Positions 25,035 through 40,379 of a stretch of 64,000 nucleotides of DNA are shown here, piece after piece (position 1 is the first letter of the stretch; each line of letters begins with the position of its first letter). The stretch comes from the human T2T-CHM13v2.0 reference genome, Homo sapiens. The position numbers and the translations under genes are program-made. The stretch is from assembly GCA_009914755.4 (NCBI GenBank), contig CP086569.2:24672001-24736000 (forward strand), given 5' to 3'. The notes beneath the pieces are model-generated. The model worked only from the letters and a program-made list of their open reading frames with translations, did no database searches and was not told the DNA's origin.

Positions 25035-25335
25035 TGAAAGAAAGAAAGAAAGAAAGGAAAGAAGGAGGGAGGGAGGGAACAAAGAGAAAGAAAGGAAAGG
25101 AAGAAAGAGAGAGAGGGAAAGAAGAAAGAAAAAGAGAGAGAAAGAAAAAGAGAAAAAGAAAGAGGAAAGAAAGAGAGGGAGGGAGGGAAAAGAAAAGAAC
25201 GTAAGAATGGAAAGCAAGAAAGAAAAGGAAAGCAAGGAAGGAAGAAGAAGAAGAAAGAACGAAACAAGGAAAAGAAAGAAAAAGAGAAAGAAAGAAAGGG
25301 AAAGGAAAGGAAAAAGAAAAGAAGAAAAAATGAAA
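25035..25335 (+). repeat. About 300-bp pure purine (GAAA/GGAA/GAGA)n tract (pure pyrimidine on minus)
   Basis: gaaagaaagaaagaaaggaaagaaggagggagggaggg... uninterrupted R-only sequence. It is the source of the K/E/R-rich ORFs 25007..25204 and 25027..25338 and the F/L/S-rich minus-strand ORFs. Confidence 0.95.
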
Positions 25336-25787
25336 TGACAAATTACTTACTGGGAGAAAGTTTTTGTAACCTCAATGACAGATAAAATGCTTGCATCCTT
25401 AGTCTATAAAGAAATCTTTAAAATTACTGAGAAAAAAAACAAATGATTTTCAACTGAAATGGTTAATGGAGAAACTGGCATGTCTCACAAGAATAAAAAT
25501 GGCCAATGGCATATACAAAGATTCAAAAGCACAAGAAATCAAAGAAATGTCATGAAAACAATGAGATTTTCTGTATAAAGGCAGGAAAGATGACAAATGG
25601 AAAGGGGAACCTGGAGCTCTGTCCTTGTTGGTGGGAGTGTAACCTGAGTCACTTTTCCTGGAGAATGATTTGAAAGTTTCTATTAAAAACCCTAAAAATT
25701 ATTTTCCTCCAGAAATTCTACTTCTATGAATTTAGTCCAAAAATGTTTGCTCAAGCCCATTAAAATGTATGTATAAGAAAATTCACC

Positions 25788-26175
<388 letters not shown>

Positions 26176-27711
26176 TTACTGCCACAGAAATATGCCCAAA
26201 ATATAGTAAGTGACAAAAGACTACATATTACGATTCTACTTTTTAAAAGGTTTATGTGCATAAAAACATATAAAAAGCAACAAGCCACAATGTTTTGAGT
26301 GGCAAATTAAAGATTTTTCTTAATATTTGTCATCCAAATTATTACAAAAAGAATGATTTCCTTTATAATGAGGGAGAATTGTGATTTTCATTTATTTATA
26401 TTTAAATCTCTTTTCTTTTTCTGATTTTTTTTTCTCCTGTATGTATCCCATGTAGGCTAGAATCCCTGCCTCTTGAGGTAAATCAGCCCATTTTCGGGAA
26501 GTGCGCTACAGAAAGCTGCCCTAGCTTCCTTTTAAGAGATGTGGAGACATTTTTTATTTCAAATTGTTTTATCATTCTCAGATTATTTTGTTTAATATAT
26601 GAAATTGAGGAAAAGACAAAGGAAAGGCTGACTCCCTACCCTCCTGGGGCTACTCTTCCAATTTTTGCTGCTATTGTTTATATTAATATTCACTAGGTAC
26701 TAAAAAATGGGCAGCCCCTTAGATCATTTGTTCTTATCTCTTTCTCATAATCCTACTTCATTCCTTCATTCACTTATTTTTAAAAGGGTCATGTGTACAA
26801 ACACATGGTTCAGAAAATTTTTAAATATAACTACCTATAAAAGTATGTGGCCAAATCCCATTCACAGTCTTATTCTCCTTCTACAGCCAAACACTTTTAA
26901 TTGGTTTCTTATATATCATTTCAGAATTTATCTTTGCAAATACACACGTATATTCTTATTCTACTCTTCTCTCTCAACACAAAAAGTAGCATACCATACA
27001 TACTATACCATTCCTTGTTCCTCTTAAAACACACACAATATATGTGAGTTCTTCTACATGAGTACAGAGGTCTTTGTCATTCTTCTTTACAACCGCACAG
27101 TATTCATCGTTTGGATGTACCACAGTTTACTTAACCAGTTCCCTGTTGGTGGACACTGAAGTCATCCCTATCATACTATTACAAACAATAATGCCAAGCA
27201 TAACCACCCACACACTAAGTTCATTTCTGAATCTGCCTTTGATGAAGCCTCTATTTGAATCACCACAAAGTCACAAGGCTGAAAAGTTAGCCAATTTTTT
27301 AGTTTTCATTATGTGCAGCAGTATGTAGCAAAAGACTCCCTTGGGCAAAGCAAATGTGCTCTTTGGGGATTTACTGCATAACAATAAATGGATTAACACC
27401 AAGGAGAAATATTTCTATTTAACCATGCATACGTATGTATATAATGCATGCATATGCATAGATAGTATACAATAAATCCATCAAAGCATTAAGCATTGTC
27501 TCAGTATGGTGGATCTATGGAGTGCTTTGTAGACAGCCCTCCTTGCCTATCAATTCTTCCTAGTTTCAAAACAGTGAATATGTACTATTTTTGCAATATA
27601 AAATTTCAACAAATGTTAACTCAAGCCAGATACATTCCTTCAGTCTGTCCTATATTTGTATGGTGCTCCAGAGTGCTCAAATATCATGTCATTTAAAAAA
27701 TTTATTTATTT

Positions 27712-27850
27712 TTTTTTCAAATATAGAAACAGGCAGGGCTTTGCTCTGTTGACCAGGCTGGTCTTGAACTCCTAGATCCTCCTAGATCCTCCCACTTCCA
27801 CCTCCCAAAGTGCCGCTATTACAAGTGGGAGCCATCCGGCCCGGCTGGCT
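27712..27850 (-). mobile_element. Alu fragment (minus, left-monomer portion)
   Basis: ggctttgctctgttgaccaggctggtcttgaactcc...cctcccaaagtgccgctattacaagtgggagccatccggcccggc. Confidence 0.7.
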
Positions 27851-28449
27851 TCATTTGAGAAATATTTCCCCAGAACTCCATATATTATGAATAATTCCTT
27901 TCTTCTTGTTTAGATACCATCTTAGTCATATCTCTATTACCTCACTTGTCACATGATAATCAGTTGCTCACCCATCCATCTTCCTTGATTGCTCGAGAAG
28001 AGTCTGATTTTCAGCACCTTGAACAGTGTGCAATACATACATGCTTCATACGCAGAGAAGGAAATGATATCACTACAGTGTAATTATTCCCAGAATTCAA
28101 TGCCCGTATTTGTAGATTGTTCCAGATACTCTGCCAACAACCTGAGAATGTTACGTGTTTTCCCTAAAACTTCCATCCATTACTGAGTGTCTACGGTCAT
28201 AGTTAACTCAGTTGCGATGTGACCTCTGGCCAAGCCCATTCATAGTTTGTATTTAAGGTGATTTTTAATCTGAATTTTTGATTTTGATAGTTTCCTTTTT
28301 GTTTTTTTAATCTAGCAGTGTTTGGTAAACTTCTACATCTCTATATCCCTATGTCTTTGCACCTACTGGTCTCTGCTTGGAATAATAGCTCAAGGTTTTA
28401 TTCACCTGGAAAAAATTTCTACTTACCCTTAAAGAATCAGCTTAAATAA

Positions 28450-28745
28450 GCTGGGCATGGTGGCTCATGCCTGTAATCCCAGCACTTTGGGAGGCCAAGG
28501 TGGGTGGATCACCTCAGATCAGTAGTTTGAGACTAGCCTGGCCAACATGGTGAAACCTCATCTTTACTAAAAATACAAAAAATAGCTGGGTGTGGTGGTG
28601 GATGCCTGTAATCCCAGCTACTCAGGAGACTGAGGCAGAAGAATCACTTGCAACTGGCAAGCAGAGGTTGCAGTGAGCTGAGATCACGCCATTGCACTCC
28701 ATCTTGGGTGAGAGAGCAAGACTTCATCTCAAAAACAAAAACAAA
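28450..28745 (+). mobile_element. Full-length Alu (+) with TSD atcagcttaaat
   Basis: gctgggcatggtggctcatgcctgtaatcccagcactttgggaggccaaggtgggtggatcacc... Flanks atcagcttaaataa (28436-28449) and atcagcttaaatga (28746-28759). Confidence 0.9.
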
Positions 28746-30854
28746 ATCAGCTTAAATGATACTGTCTCTGAGAAGCCTTTATATCTTCCTATTCTTTCAG
28801 TAACAGTTGAAAATTCCTCAACTCTTAAAACATTTGTGCCTCTATTATTATGTATCAGGCACGGAACTGAGTGTCTAGGATAGAAAGATGAAACTGTAGA
28901 CCCTGCCCTCATGGAGTTCATGGTCTAGTATGGAAAACAGCCATATGAACAAATAACCACACTGTAGGTCTTCAGAGCTCAAACCCTATCCTAAATACTG
29001 CTAAATTAATATTCTGTGAGGTTTTGAAATTACTAGGGCCAGAGACAATATCGCTGTTTGGATGACTTTCCATCCAAGTTAATATTCCGCCATCATCATC
29101 AAAGGTGATATGTGTGTACCTCTTCCTTGCAACCCACCAGGGCCTAACACATCATATACCCACTTTTGAAATTAGGAAACAGCCTCAGAAGTCCAAGAGC
29201 TTGACCAAAGTAACTCAGCTGTTAGGTAGCAGAACCAGGTCGGTATGATTCTTCTTCAATATCCTCCAAGTTATATGGGCAAGTGGCCTCAAAATCAACA
29301 AAAGACAAGTAGAGGTTGATATGCATCAATGGAGAGAGGCTCAAAAGGAAGAGTTTATACACAAGAATAGAACAGAAATGTTCTAGAAGTATGTCTGGGG
29401 ATGTGAAGTAGGAGGGGGCACACCAGGTTTCACCTTGGTCAAGTGAATCTATAATTCCAACCTGGGCCTCACCCCTGAGCTCCAGACTTAGCTATCTGTT
29501 TTTCTCACTCTAATATAAAATCCATAGGGCAGGACTTAATCTCTAGGTTGTTCATCACAAATTAAAGCAGAGTCTGGTTTATAGTAAGTACTTAATAAAT
29601 AAATAAACAAACTATCAAAGAAGCTAAAGAAACATTCTACACTCTTGGGGGAAGGGATTACCATGAAATGCCATCTGTCCTTTTTCTTCTTTTCAGTATT
29701 TGGGGTGTTCTTCATTGAAAAAGATTAGCTTCTTCAATTAGCTCCCTTCTCTTCCAGATAGGAAGAGAGAGGGAGAGGGAGAGAGAGAGGAATAGAGAGA
29801 AGTTTCATATTTTAACTATGGTTCAATTCTAAGCATTCTAAAATTGTATTGAGTTTTTTAAACCACGAATTACAAGGGTGTTTAATTTCCAAATTCATGT
29901 AGCTTTTTTTTAATCTCTTCATTATTGCCTTCTAACCTTAATTGCTTCATATTTAAATTATAAATTATATGGTGTGGATGGTACCAATTGTTTTTTAAAT
30001 CTTCTGACTTGCTTTATGAATTAATATATAATTAATGTTTCACCCACAGTCCACATATGCTTGAGAAGAATATACAATATCTAATTATTGGGTACAAAGG
30101 TCTATATTTGTCCATTACACCATGTCCATTCACTGGTTATTCAAATCTACATATGGGCATTCCGTGTAACTTACTTATGGTAAGCAGGGTATGGTGAAAT
30201 CTCCAAATATGCTGGCAGACTTGTCAATTTCTACCTGTGGTTTTATCAGTTTTTCTCCTGCATTTTGAGGCTATTTTGACAGGTACATAAAATATGAAAA
30301 TTGCTACATCCTCCTAATTAACAGTCAGCATCAAGTTTCTTAATAACGCTTTCTGTTCCAAAATCCTTTTTTGATATTGAAGCTCCATCACTTGTTTTTG
30401 GTTAATGTATACTGCCATATCTTTATCACTCTCTCTCCTTTATAAAAACTTTCAATCTTCTCATATCCTTATATTTTAAATATGATGGATTAAAACAGCT
30501 GGATATTCTTTTATTAGTTCCACCTAACTGGTAACTTTAGTCCATTTACATTTGTTGTGACTGATTTATGTGGACTTCCTTCTATCACCTTTAGAATTTC
30601 TATTTCTCTCACTTTCTAATATAATTTTAATATTCCCTCCTGGGATTCCACTAAGACATATTTTAGACCTCATTCTGATCTCCCTCCCCCTACAACCCCA
30701 CCAACTTCTGCCCTATCATCTATCCTCATGTCTTTCTGTGTAACATACTGACTCACTTTTGGGAGATAATTGTCTAACCAATTAATTCTTTCTTCTGATG
30801 TCTAATCCATCCACTGAGGTTTTTATTTCAACAATTACATTTTTTATTTCTTTA

Positions 30855-31170
30855 TTTCATTTTATTCTGAGACGGAGTCTCACTCTGTCACCCAGGCTGG
30901 ACTGCAGTGGCATGCACGTGCAGCCCTTGTCTCCTGAGCTCAAGTGATCCTCCTCAGCCTCCTGACTAGCTAGGACTATAGACATGTGCCCCATACCCAG
31001 CTACTTTTTTTTTTTTTTTTTTTTTTTGGTGGTGTTGGGGTATTTTTTACAGAAACGAGTTCTCACCATGTTGCCCAGGCTTGTCTCCCCAACTCCTGGG
31101 CTCATACCATCCTCCCACCTCAGCCTCCCAAACAGTGCTGGGATTACAGGTGTGAGCCACCAGATCCAGC
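30855..31170 (-). mobile_element. Alu (minus) with an expanded T22 internal linker
   Basis: RC right monomer gagacggagtctcactctgtcacccaggctggactgcagtgg...; T22 at about 31005-31027; RC left monomer ...cctcccaaacagtgctgggattacaggtgtgagccaccagatccagc. Confidence 0.85.
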
Positions 31171-33077
31171 TATATATTTTATTTCTGTAAGTTCTAGTTC
31201 ATCCATTTTCTTTTCAGGTCCTCCTCATCATTCCTGGTGGTCTTTCTGTTGCTCAATTTAATGAGTCCTTCTTTTATATTAGGTTTCACATGTAACTATT
31301 TTCTCACAATTCTAATATTTGAAGTCTGTGTTCTGTATCTGATAATTCCAAAACCTAGTCTTTGGGAAACATATTCATTGTTTCTAGCAATTCTCAAATA
31401 TGTTGTGTTGAGACTACTTGAATGCTGTGATTTGACTGAATTCATATTTGCCTGCTTTTAATCTTTGGGAATCCTACAGGCTTAAGTTAGAGATGTTTTC
31501 CTATAAAAAGTATCTGTGTCTGCTTCTGATGAGAGCTGTGGGTACAACTAACATGAGAGCACTTTACCACCATGCATAATCCTGACATTCTCTTGGATTA
31601 TCTTGGAGCATCTCAGCATTACACAAGGTTCTCAAATCTGGCTCCCCACCATTGCTCATTTATATACAGAAGACTAGACTGCTTAGTATAGGTGGTGACT
31701 CACTTCTTGCTACCCTGGAAAAAACAAAACGGATCTCTCATCTGAATGTGATCACAGACTAGGAAATTCTGAAGGTGAATAACTAGAGGCTGTGGGCAGC
31801 AGGGAAAGACAGGTGTCTTTCCTGACCATAGAAATAGGTCAGAAGCTGCCCTAAAGGCTGTGTGCTACAGCATTTCACTATTTAGCTCAACTACCATTCC
31901 CTCCATAAGTGTGAGTGGAAGTTTCTTGGAGCACCATATTGCCTTTAAACGAAACCAAATTTTTGCTCAAAAGTCATGGTCATGGAAAACAAAACAAAAC
32001 AAAACAAAAAACCCTCTGGCTTTGGAAGGCTTTCTCAGTAATGTCCTGGAATTAAGGTTACAGGCTGCATTTCATGTTAACTGAACAGAAAACCAGCCTC
32101 CAACATCCTTCTGCCCCATGGCTTGCTCTCAGCTCCTCTTGGTTGGGCCTAGGGCAGTCAGACTGTCTGGTTCCAATCCTTGTTCTGCCACCTGTGACCT
32201 TGGACAAGTTACCTACTTCCAGTTGCCTCATCCATAAAATGCAGATATTATTAATACCCTCTTTTAAAGAGGTATTCAATCCTTATTAAGAGGATTGAAA
32301 GAGCTAATAAAAAGACTTGGTAAGCATAGGCACAGAGGGAAAGAAAAAAAGTAAAAATAAATAAATAAAAAGACTAGTGTCTAGCACATAAAAGTTCATC
32401 AGGAATTAATTCTATAACATGAACTCAATTTTGCAAAACTTCAAAGTACATATAACTTTTACTAGGGTATACATAACAATAATAAATTTACAACTGTAGA
32501 CATGTTTCTCTACAGTAAATAAAGACTAAACAATCAGATACTAAATCATTAAGTGATTATCAGTTAGTAAATTTAATTTTCTTAAACTTCTATATTTTCT
32601 ATAGATCATCTTTGTAAGAGAAAAAAACCAAATGAAAATGAAATGAATTCTCTCAAAAAGAATTAAGACAGGAAGAAGACTCACAAAGTAACACAAAATA
32701 TATCTTATGGTTTATGTAAAATTCTTAATAAAAGTACCTTCTTTGCTCCAAGCTGCACTCTGGCTTTGCCTTTGTCTCAGGTGTGTTTTATTTGTATGAT
32801 GGCTAATTCTATCGAGTAGGCACTGCTTCAGCTCTACAGGAAGAACAAAACATCTTTAGAACACAGCAGTGTTCCTGGTTCCCACTTGAGAAGGCCTAAC
32901 CAAATGGCATATAACTTAACAGTAGCAGACCAGTGTTAAAAAGTCTGGAGTCAAAGGGAAAAGGTAAAATTGGAACGTTTCCAGAATCTCACAAAAAAAC
33001 AACAAACCAATGTTCTAAGTGCCCAACATGAACAAATTAGAACCTTAAATAAAGGTCACTGTTAATGCCTATCCTAG

Positions 33078-33417
<340 letters not shown>

Positions 33418-36400
33418 CCTTTTTCATTCTTGAAAGTAGAAGCTATGAAAAAAAAAAAAACACTAAAATGTCTTTAAGAGAACAGTCTACTTACGATCTA
33501 ACTTACATAATCAAAACACTCAATTGAGGGTGAAAATTGAGTATAATAATAAAATAATCACCAATTTTGTGAGAGGTTCCATACATAATGCTCCTCCACC
33601 CAATACATACCTTAAAAAGAAAAAAGGAAACATACAAAATTATCTTGAGAAGTATTCCTGCTTAAACAATTTCCATGTGGCATTATTAAGAAAGTATGCA
33701 CACAGTAAAGACAAGAAGAGAACACGTAAGCATGAACATACTTGTTAGGCATATAGGACTATAAGTAATTTAAAAATTCTAATGGTATTACTCTTATGTA
33801 ATTGCTCTGAAATTCTAGTCAATTGTTTGAAATGGCAATCAGAACAGAATACTTTGAAATTTTTATGATGTCAAAAACTAAAAACGTGGCCCTAAATATT
33901 CCAAAGAATCAGAGCAGAAGAACCCATTTCCTTAAATGGCATTTGAGTGTTCTTTACAATGCAAACTTTCTCTCTCAACCTGTGATGGCCAGGAGTTTTT
34001 CCTCTGACAATAGCACTGATCTTACCCTATTCAAAATATGAACATCTGCAAGGTTTCATGGTTAAAATTGTTCTTATCCATTCTGTTGTGAGAATCGAAT
34101 GGTTCACACCATGCGGCTCCTCTCTGGGACTCCTCAAGTCCTTTCTAGGTCTGAAGACTGTTCTCTGAACCAAAGACAACTTCTGGGGATGTACCAAATC
34201 TCCCATTAGAAAATTATTTAGATCAAGATGTTTTAACCTTTTAATTCTTTCTCAAACAAAATAATTTCATTTCTCCTTTAATGTTATTTTAAATTTCAAA
34301 ATACACAGATAGCATACCTAAAGTAAAATCAAGGGAATGATAGTTTTAGAACAAAAACTGTGGTAATTTTGAAAACACAAAAGCTAAGACCACTGATTAG
34401 ATCTATGTGGACACCAAGTCCACCACAAATGGTTCTGTCCTCCGGGGCTCTGCCCACACCTTTCCCTTGCTTGAGATTCCTTCTGCTTCCTACCCTTCCA
34501 AATGCTGTATTTCCCCCCAGAAGACTTGCCAAGACCACTCTAGCCTGCGCATCTTCTGTTCCAGCTAACCAAAGGCATCCTTGCATTGACTAAACCAAAT
34601 TATTTTGCAGAGAAGGCATCTAAAAACTTCTACTGTAGACCATTCACCTTAATAATTGTTATCATGACATTATTCAATAATAAAATGAGGGAAAGAAGTC
34701 CTCTTTAACTCCCTTGCCCTAGAGAATCCAAGCAAGTGGCTTTCCCACTTGCTTTGCTCAAACCCTGGGAGCTTTCAAAGTGAAAGTTTAATGGAAGGAA
34801 AAGAAAATCTAAAAGAAAAACTCTCCGAAAAATTAAACTCAGGTAAAGAATCATGGGATTACAAATTTTTATTCTTTGTGTATCTGATTTCTGAAACATT
34901 TGAAATCTCTCTCTCACTCCTTAAATCTGCCACTGGGCTAAGAGAGTATTGTATATAATGTGCACTCATTGATTTAACAGAATTAGAACATCCAGGCACT
35001 CACTCAGATTTTGGTTCCACAACTGCTCAAAGTCTAGTCATTTAGTTAATGAGTTAACACCACACTTGATCTTCAAATTTTGGAGATGCTGATGGTAGAC
35101 AGGAACTTGTTTTGGGAAAAGGAAGTATATGGTAGACATTGTCACCCATTATCCAACCAACACCACCTTTCCTTTAAAGTACCCCACTCTTCCTTTAAGG
35201 TTGCAGAGTCTCAGAAAGTAGGAAGAAAGGAAGTTTTTGCATTTTCAGGTCAAAAGACAGTACATTTGTACAACTGCATAATACCTATGCAAATGTTTGT
35301 TGAAATCTAAACAGAAGACAGAAGTAGTTCTAGTACCTTCACTACATAAGTAAGATAAGTAAACTTTTCTTTAATATACACTTTCAGCAGCACTGACACA
35401 TAAAAGTGGTCAACTCTACTACTGTATTAAATGGCATTCATTTCATCAATATGTGTTCCAAATTCTTACTGCTCTTTGTCTCCAAAGGGTTCCTACTGAA
35501 TATTGAGACAGTTCAAGAATACTAGGGAAAAAAATTCTAATAATTGAAGTAACGGTCATCTAAGGATAATATGCCACATATACAGACATAGTAATATTTT
35601 CAACTTAAAAAAATTCAGTTATCAAAGCTGTACAGCAAACACTATCCTAAGCTTTGCCTCTTCAGGCATTTGCTTTATAATCACTTCAAAGAAAAGTCAG
35701 TCACAAAATGCCACATTTTGTATGATTCTATTTATATGAAATGTCCAGGATAGGCAAATCTACAGAGACAGAAATTAGATCAGAGATTGCCAGGATGAAC
35801 GGCGGGGGAGACAAGCACACAGAGCGACTGCTAATGGGTATGGGGTTTCTTTTTGGGGAGAAGAAAAGGTTCTGAAATTAGCTAATGGTAATGGCTGCAT
35901 AACTCTGAATATACTAAAAACCACTGAACTGTACACTTCAAAGGGTGAGGCTTATCATATAAAAGCTGTACCACAATAGTTTGAAAAATGTTTGGGTATG
36001 TCAAGAAATAAACAATAGGATCATAGCTCAAAGATATGGGATATAAAATATATGGAACAAAACTGCTCAATAATCTATCTAGAATCACACAATGCTTAAG
36101 CTTTACCCTGACTAAAATTGCAAGCTTGGTGTTTTATTGGTATTTCACATTTTTTACTTCTTCCTAAGTCAGCCAATAATTCCTCCTCCTTACTTAATAT
36201 TTGACTATGAAGACCAAGCCATTTTGATTCTGCCTCCAATGGGCTTTCACATTTCATTCCTCCTTCCACTCCCATGACTACCACACCAATGTAAGTTCTC
36301 CTCACTTCACTCTAAGACAACAGCATGGCCCTCAACTACCGTCACACTCTTCTAGGCTCTGTGAGCACAATGTGTCTCATATTCTCTTCTACTGTCACCA

Positions 36401-36814
36401 GATTTATTCGAAAACAGTTTCTTTACTCTTACTCCCATTTCTCAACCAGTTACATAGAAAGATGAATATCCAGGGGTAATAGTTTACTTACCTGAAAAAA
36501 AAAATCTGTCACCAATCCACAGAACTGTTTGAGTACAAAATATTACATCCGCAATATTTCCTACAACTCTTCTACATGAATCCTACCCTCCTTGTGTTAT
36601 AGCTCAAATTGGTTTCGTATACTCTGAATTCCTCGTTCTCTTTCCTAGATACCTGATTTTGTTTACTCTTCACCTACGTAAATAATTTTCCTGCAACCTC
36701 CCCCAGCTGACCAAACCCCAGTCACATTTCACTGCCCAGCTGAGATCCCACCTACTTCATGAAGAGCAACTCTTTGCAGCTTTAAACCTCAGATAAATTA
36801 AGTCCATGCTTAGC

Positions 36815-37117
36815 TTTTCTTTTTCTTTTTTGTTCAGATGCAGTTTATCTTTGTCACCCAGGCTGGAGCGCAGTGGCACGATCTCAGCTCACTGCAGACT
36901 CTGCCTCCCGAGTTCAAGCAATTCTCCTGACTCAGTCTTCTGAGTAGCTGGGATTACCAGTATGCACCACCACATCTGGCAATTTTTTTGTATTTTTGGT
37001 AGAGATGGGGCTTCACCATCTTGGCCAGGCTGGTCTCGAACTCCAGACCTCAAGTGATCCACCCGCCTCAGCTTCCCAAAGTGCTGGGATTATGGGTGTG
37101 TGCCACCGTGCCTGGCC
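36815..37117 (-). mobile_element. Alu (minus)
   Basis: cagtttatctttgtcacccaggctggagcgcagtggcacgatctcagctcactgc...gggattatgggtgtgtgccaccgtgcctggcc. Confidence 0.9.
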
Positions 37118-38533
37118 CATGGTTAGCCTATGATAATCAATGTGGAACTTACAGTTCTTAGTACTTTTAATCTCCTTTTATATAGCTGGCATTTCATATA
37201 ATGAAAAACACTTTACTAGGACTCAGAAGATTTATTTAGGTAAGTCACAAGCTGACTTATTATTCAAATTATTCATCCAAATAATGAGGACCATAACACA
37301 CTGTGGCAAAAAAGAATCAATGAAGAAACTATGTAACATATTTTAAAACTGAAAATGGCATGATTCATAACCTCATGTATTCGTCTCGATTCTAGGTGGT
37401 ATACTAAGATCATAAACTTACATTCTTGGGATTCTTACAACCAAATGTTGAAAAGCTATACTGGTCTATTTTATAATCACATTTTAAAATGTTTTCATAC
37501 ATTTATCCTGAATTTGCAGATTTTTATGCAAATCTTTTCTTTGATCATTTTTTTTTTCTCAAATAAGATTCTGAACAAAAAATGACCTGTTTTCCTTTCC
37601 CTATGCTTATGGGGATATTGAGTCAACATACACAATTTTATAAACCAGCACATAAAACTAAAGCACAATACTTATGTCCTTTCTCCCCAATCAGGAAGGG
37701 CTTCATTACAAAGACATTTTGAAATTCAACTATGACAAACAAAAGAACTATGGCTTGGTGGCTAGTTATAGGCCGCTGTAGTGAGCAAGAGACACAAAGT
37801 TTAAACATTTACTATTTTTCAGTCTTCTGTTTATTTTGTATACATAAGTATTTGGCTGGGTTACCTAACACTGAACTTCCAAAATTGACCATTAGGTTGT
37901 ATGCCAAGAGAAGTACTTTTTATAGCAATTTTACTGCCAAAACCAAAACAGCCTAGAGAAGATTTAAAGTTAACAAAATAGTACACAATTCTAAACAACT
38001 CTGCTTCACACCCAACCTGGGACTTCCACTCCCCGTAATAGTATATTTGTGATCAACTTTGTAACAAGCTGACAAAGGGAGACCTCTGACATCTGCTCAT
38101 GAAGGAATCACTTCAGTATGTCCTGCTCTGCAGCAGAAAATGCATGGGGATCACTCAGAACTTCAGATTTCTCACAGAGCAGCATTTCCCAGAGTAAGCC
38201 AGAAGACACCATCCTCTGAGATGTTGTCAGGAACACTAATAAACAAATTTGGGAAAAATAGAAAATGGCATTAAGGCTCCAAGAAGTCCTTTGGTAAAAG
38301 ACATTTTGAAGCTGGCTTCCCCAAAACCTTGCAATCCCCACAAAACAAATATCTATTACCATACCACTATATTAGCACTCACAGAACATTTGGGGAGATT
38401 TGGCAAAGATTAGGCTGCAGGCGTCAGGTAAGTAAACTCTTAAAACACAATATTGAAAAAAATAGAAATTTAAAAATTTAAACAGAAAAGCAAAAGATAA
38501 GTAAATAAATAAAAAATTTTAACAGACAACATT

Positions 38534-38830
38534 GGGCTGGGCAAAGTGGCTCAGACCCATAATCCTAATACTTTTTCAGTCTCAGCAGGGTGGATCACTT
38601 TAACCTGGGAGTTCGAGACCAACATGAGCAACATGGTGAAACCCTGTCTCTATCAAAAATACAAAAATTAGCTTGGTATGCTGGCATACACCTGTAGTCC
38701 CAGCTTCTTAGGAAACTGAGGTGGCAGGATGGCTTGAGCCGGGGAGGCAGAGGTTGCAGTCAGCTGTGATTGCACCACTCACTCCAGCCTGGGGCAACAG
38801 AGAAAGACCCCGTCTCAATAAAATTAAGTA
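38534..38830 (+). mobile_element. Old Alu (AluJ-like, +)
   Basis: gggctgggcaaagtggctcagacccataatcctaatacttt...; diverged, no CpGs. Confidence 0.8.
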
Positions 38831-39639
38831 ATTAAATAATAAAATCAATATTCCTTTACTGTGTGGGGAAACTCAAAATGAGCTCAGCACATCCACATGT
38901 AATACTAAGGTTTTTTTTTTAAACCCACACTTCTTGTTTCTCTGAACTTTTACACATGGATATCATGTCCAGACAACTATTCCGTAGTATCAGCACCACA
39001 GTTAATATGTATTCTGATTATTCAGAATGATTCTTAACAGGATCTTAGCCCCCAAAACACATACATAAGTATGTAAAGCAAATACAACTAAAAATAACTA
39101 GCAACAAAGCTCTTCTGGAGAAAGTTCTGAAGTCTGAAGTAGTCACTCATATTTTTACCCTAAATGCAACTATTACTATCTCAACCATAGAAATGATCAA
39201 AGTAAGGGCTGGAGATATTTAGATTTTAATCACCATAAGGTGGATTATGTCAAGTAATGGAATTAGTCAGCTGAGTGTTTGAAAATCCTCAGGTTACTTT
39301 CAATTGCTCATACTTTAAGGGTCTACAGAACATTTCATAACTAACCTAGCAAACTGTGACTTTTCCCCACTTCTGTAAGACTTTCAATCACAAAAAAGAA
39401 GCAATACAAATTTCAGTAAAACTACATGACAATTACCATTTGATTCTACTACACTGCAACTATCACCTCTAGAAGTAATCAGCCAACTCCATAGGTCCAT
39501 GAGATTTCCCATGATTATTCCTAGAAGTACTAATTAGGATCACAGGTATGTGGGGACCACTCTGTAATCATAACATTCTCTAAACCTTCAATCATAATTT
39601 ACATTTGAAAAACCTTTGGTTTTTATGATTAAAAAGTAT

Positions 39640-39725
39640 GTATGAATATATATATATATGTATGTATGTGTAAATATGTGCATGTGTGTGTGTATATATA
39701 TGTGTATATATGCATATATATAACA
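39640..39725. repeat. (TA)n/(TATG)n/(TG)n compound microsatellite
   Basis: tatatatatatatgtatgtatgtgtaaatatgtgcatgtgtgtgtgtatatatatgtgtatatatgcatatatata. Confidence 0.9.
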
Positions 39726-39927
39726 CTAAAATCTCTACCTGTCAACAACATAATGCTTTATAACCAGTGGTTCCAGATGTAGGCCCCAGAACAACAGTAT
39801 CAGTTTCACCTGGGAACTTCTTAAAAACGTAAATGCTCAGGCAACACCACAGACCTACTGAATCAGAAACCCTGGGACTAGCTCTCCAAATGATTCTGGT
39901 GCATACTATATTAAAAAAAAAATGTAA

Positions 39928-40080
39928 CCCAGGCACAGCAGCTCATGCCTGTCATCCCAGCAACTTGGGAGGGCAAGGTGGGAGGATCACTTGAGCCCAG
40001 GAGTTCAAGAACAGCCAGAGCAACATAGTGAGACCTCATCTCTACAAAAAATTTTTTTAAACTAAAAAAAAAAAAAAAAA
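39928..40080 (+). mobile_element. Free left Alu monomer / FLAM-like fragment with an A17 tail
   Basis: ccaggcacagcagctcatgcctgtcatcccagcaacttgggagggcaaggtgggaggatcacttgagcccaggagttcaagaacagcc... Confidence 0.75.
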
Positions 40081-40379
40081 GCATTTAAAGTAAACACTTA
40101 ATCACTTAAACTTATGATCCTGAGAGAACAGGTAACACCACTCAAACAAATGGAGGATCAAATGGAAAGTTATCCTAAAAAGCAAATAAGCAAGCTTAAT
40201 TAATTTTAAGAACATTGTTAATACTATATACTATTTAGAAGATTTTAAAATAATCTATAAAAGAATATGTACATTTATTATCAGATAATGGGTGAGAGTC
40301 ATAAAGGTAAAATTAGTACAGAAAAAATGAAATGAAAACCAAAGCAAATAAAAATGAAGTTAAAATCAGGCCCAAACAG

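Noticed and set aside
25007-25338. K/E/R-rich ORFs on + and F/L/S-rich ORFs on minus strand (e.g. 25027..25338, 25003..25341)
   Set aside because: They are artefacts of translating a pure (GAAA/GGAA)n purine tract; there is no start context, splice signals or homology.
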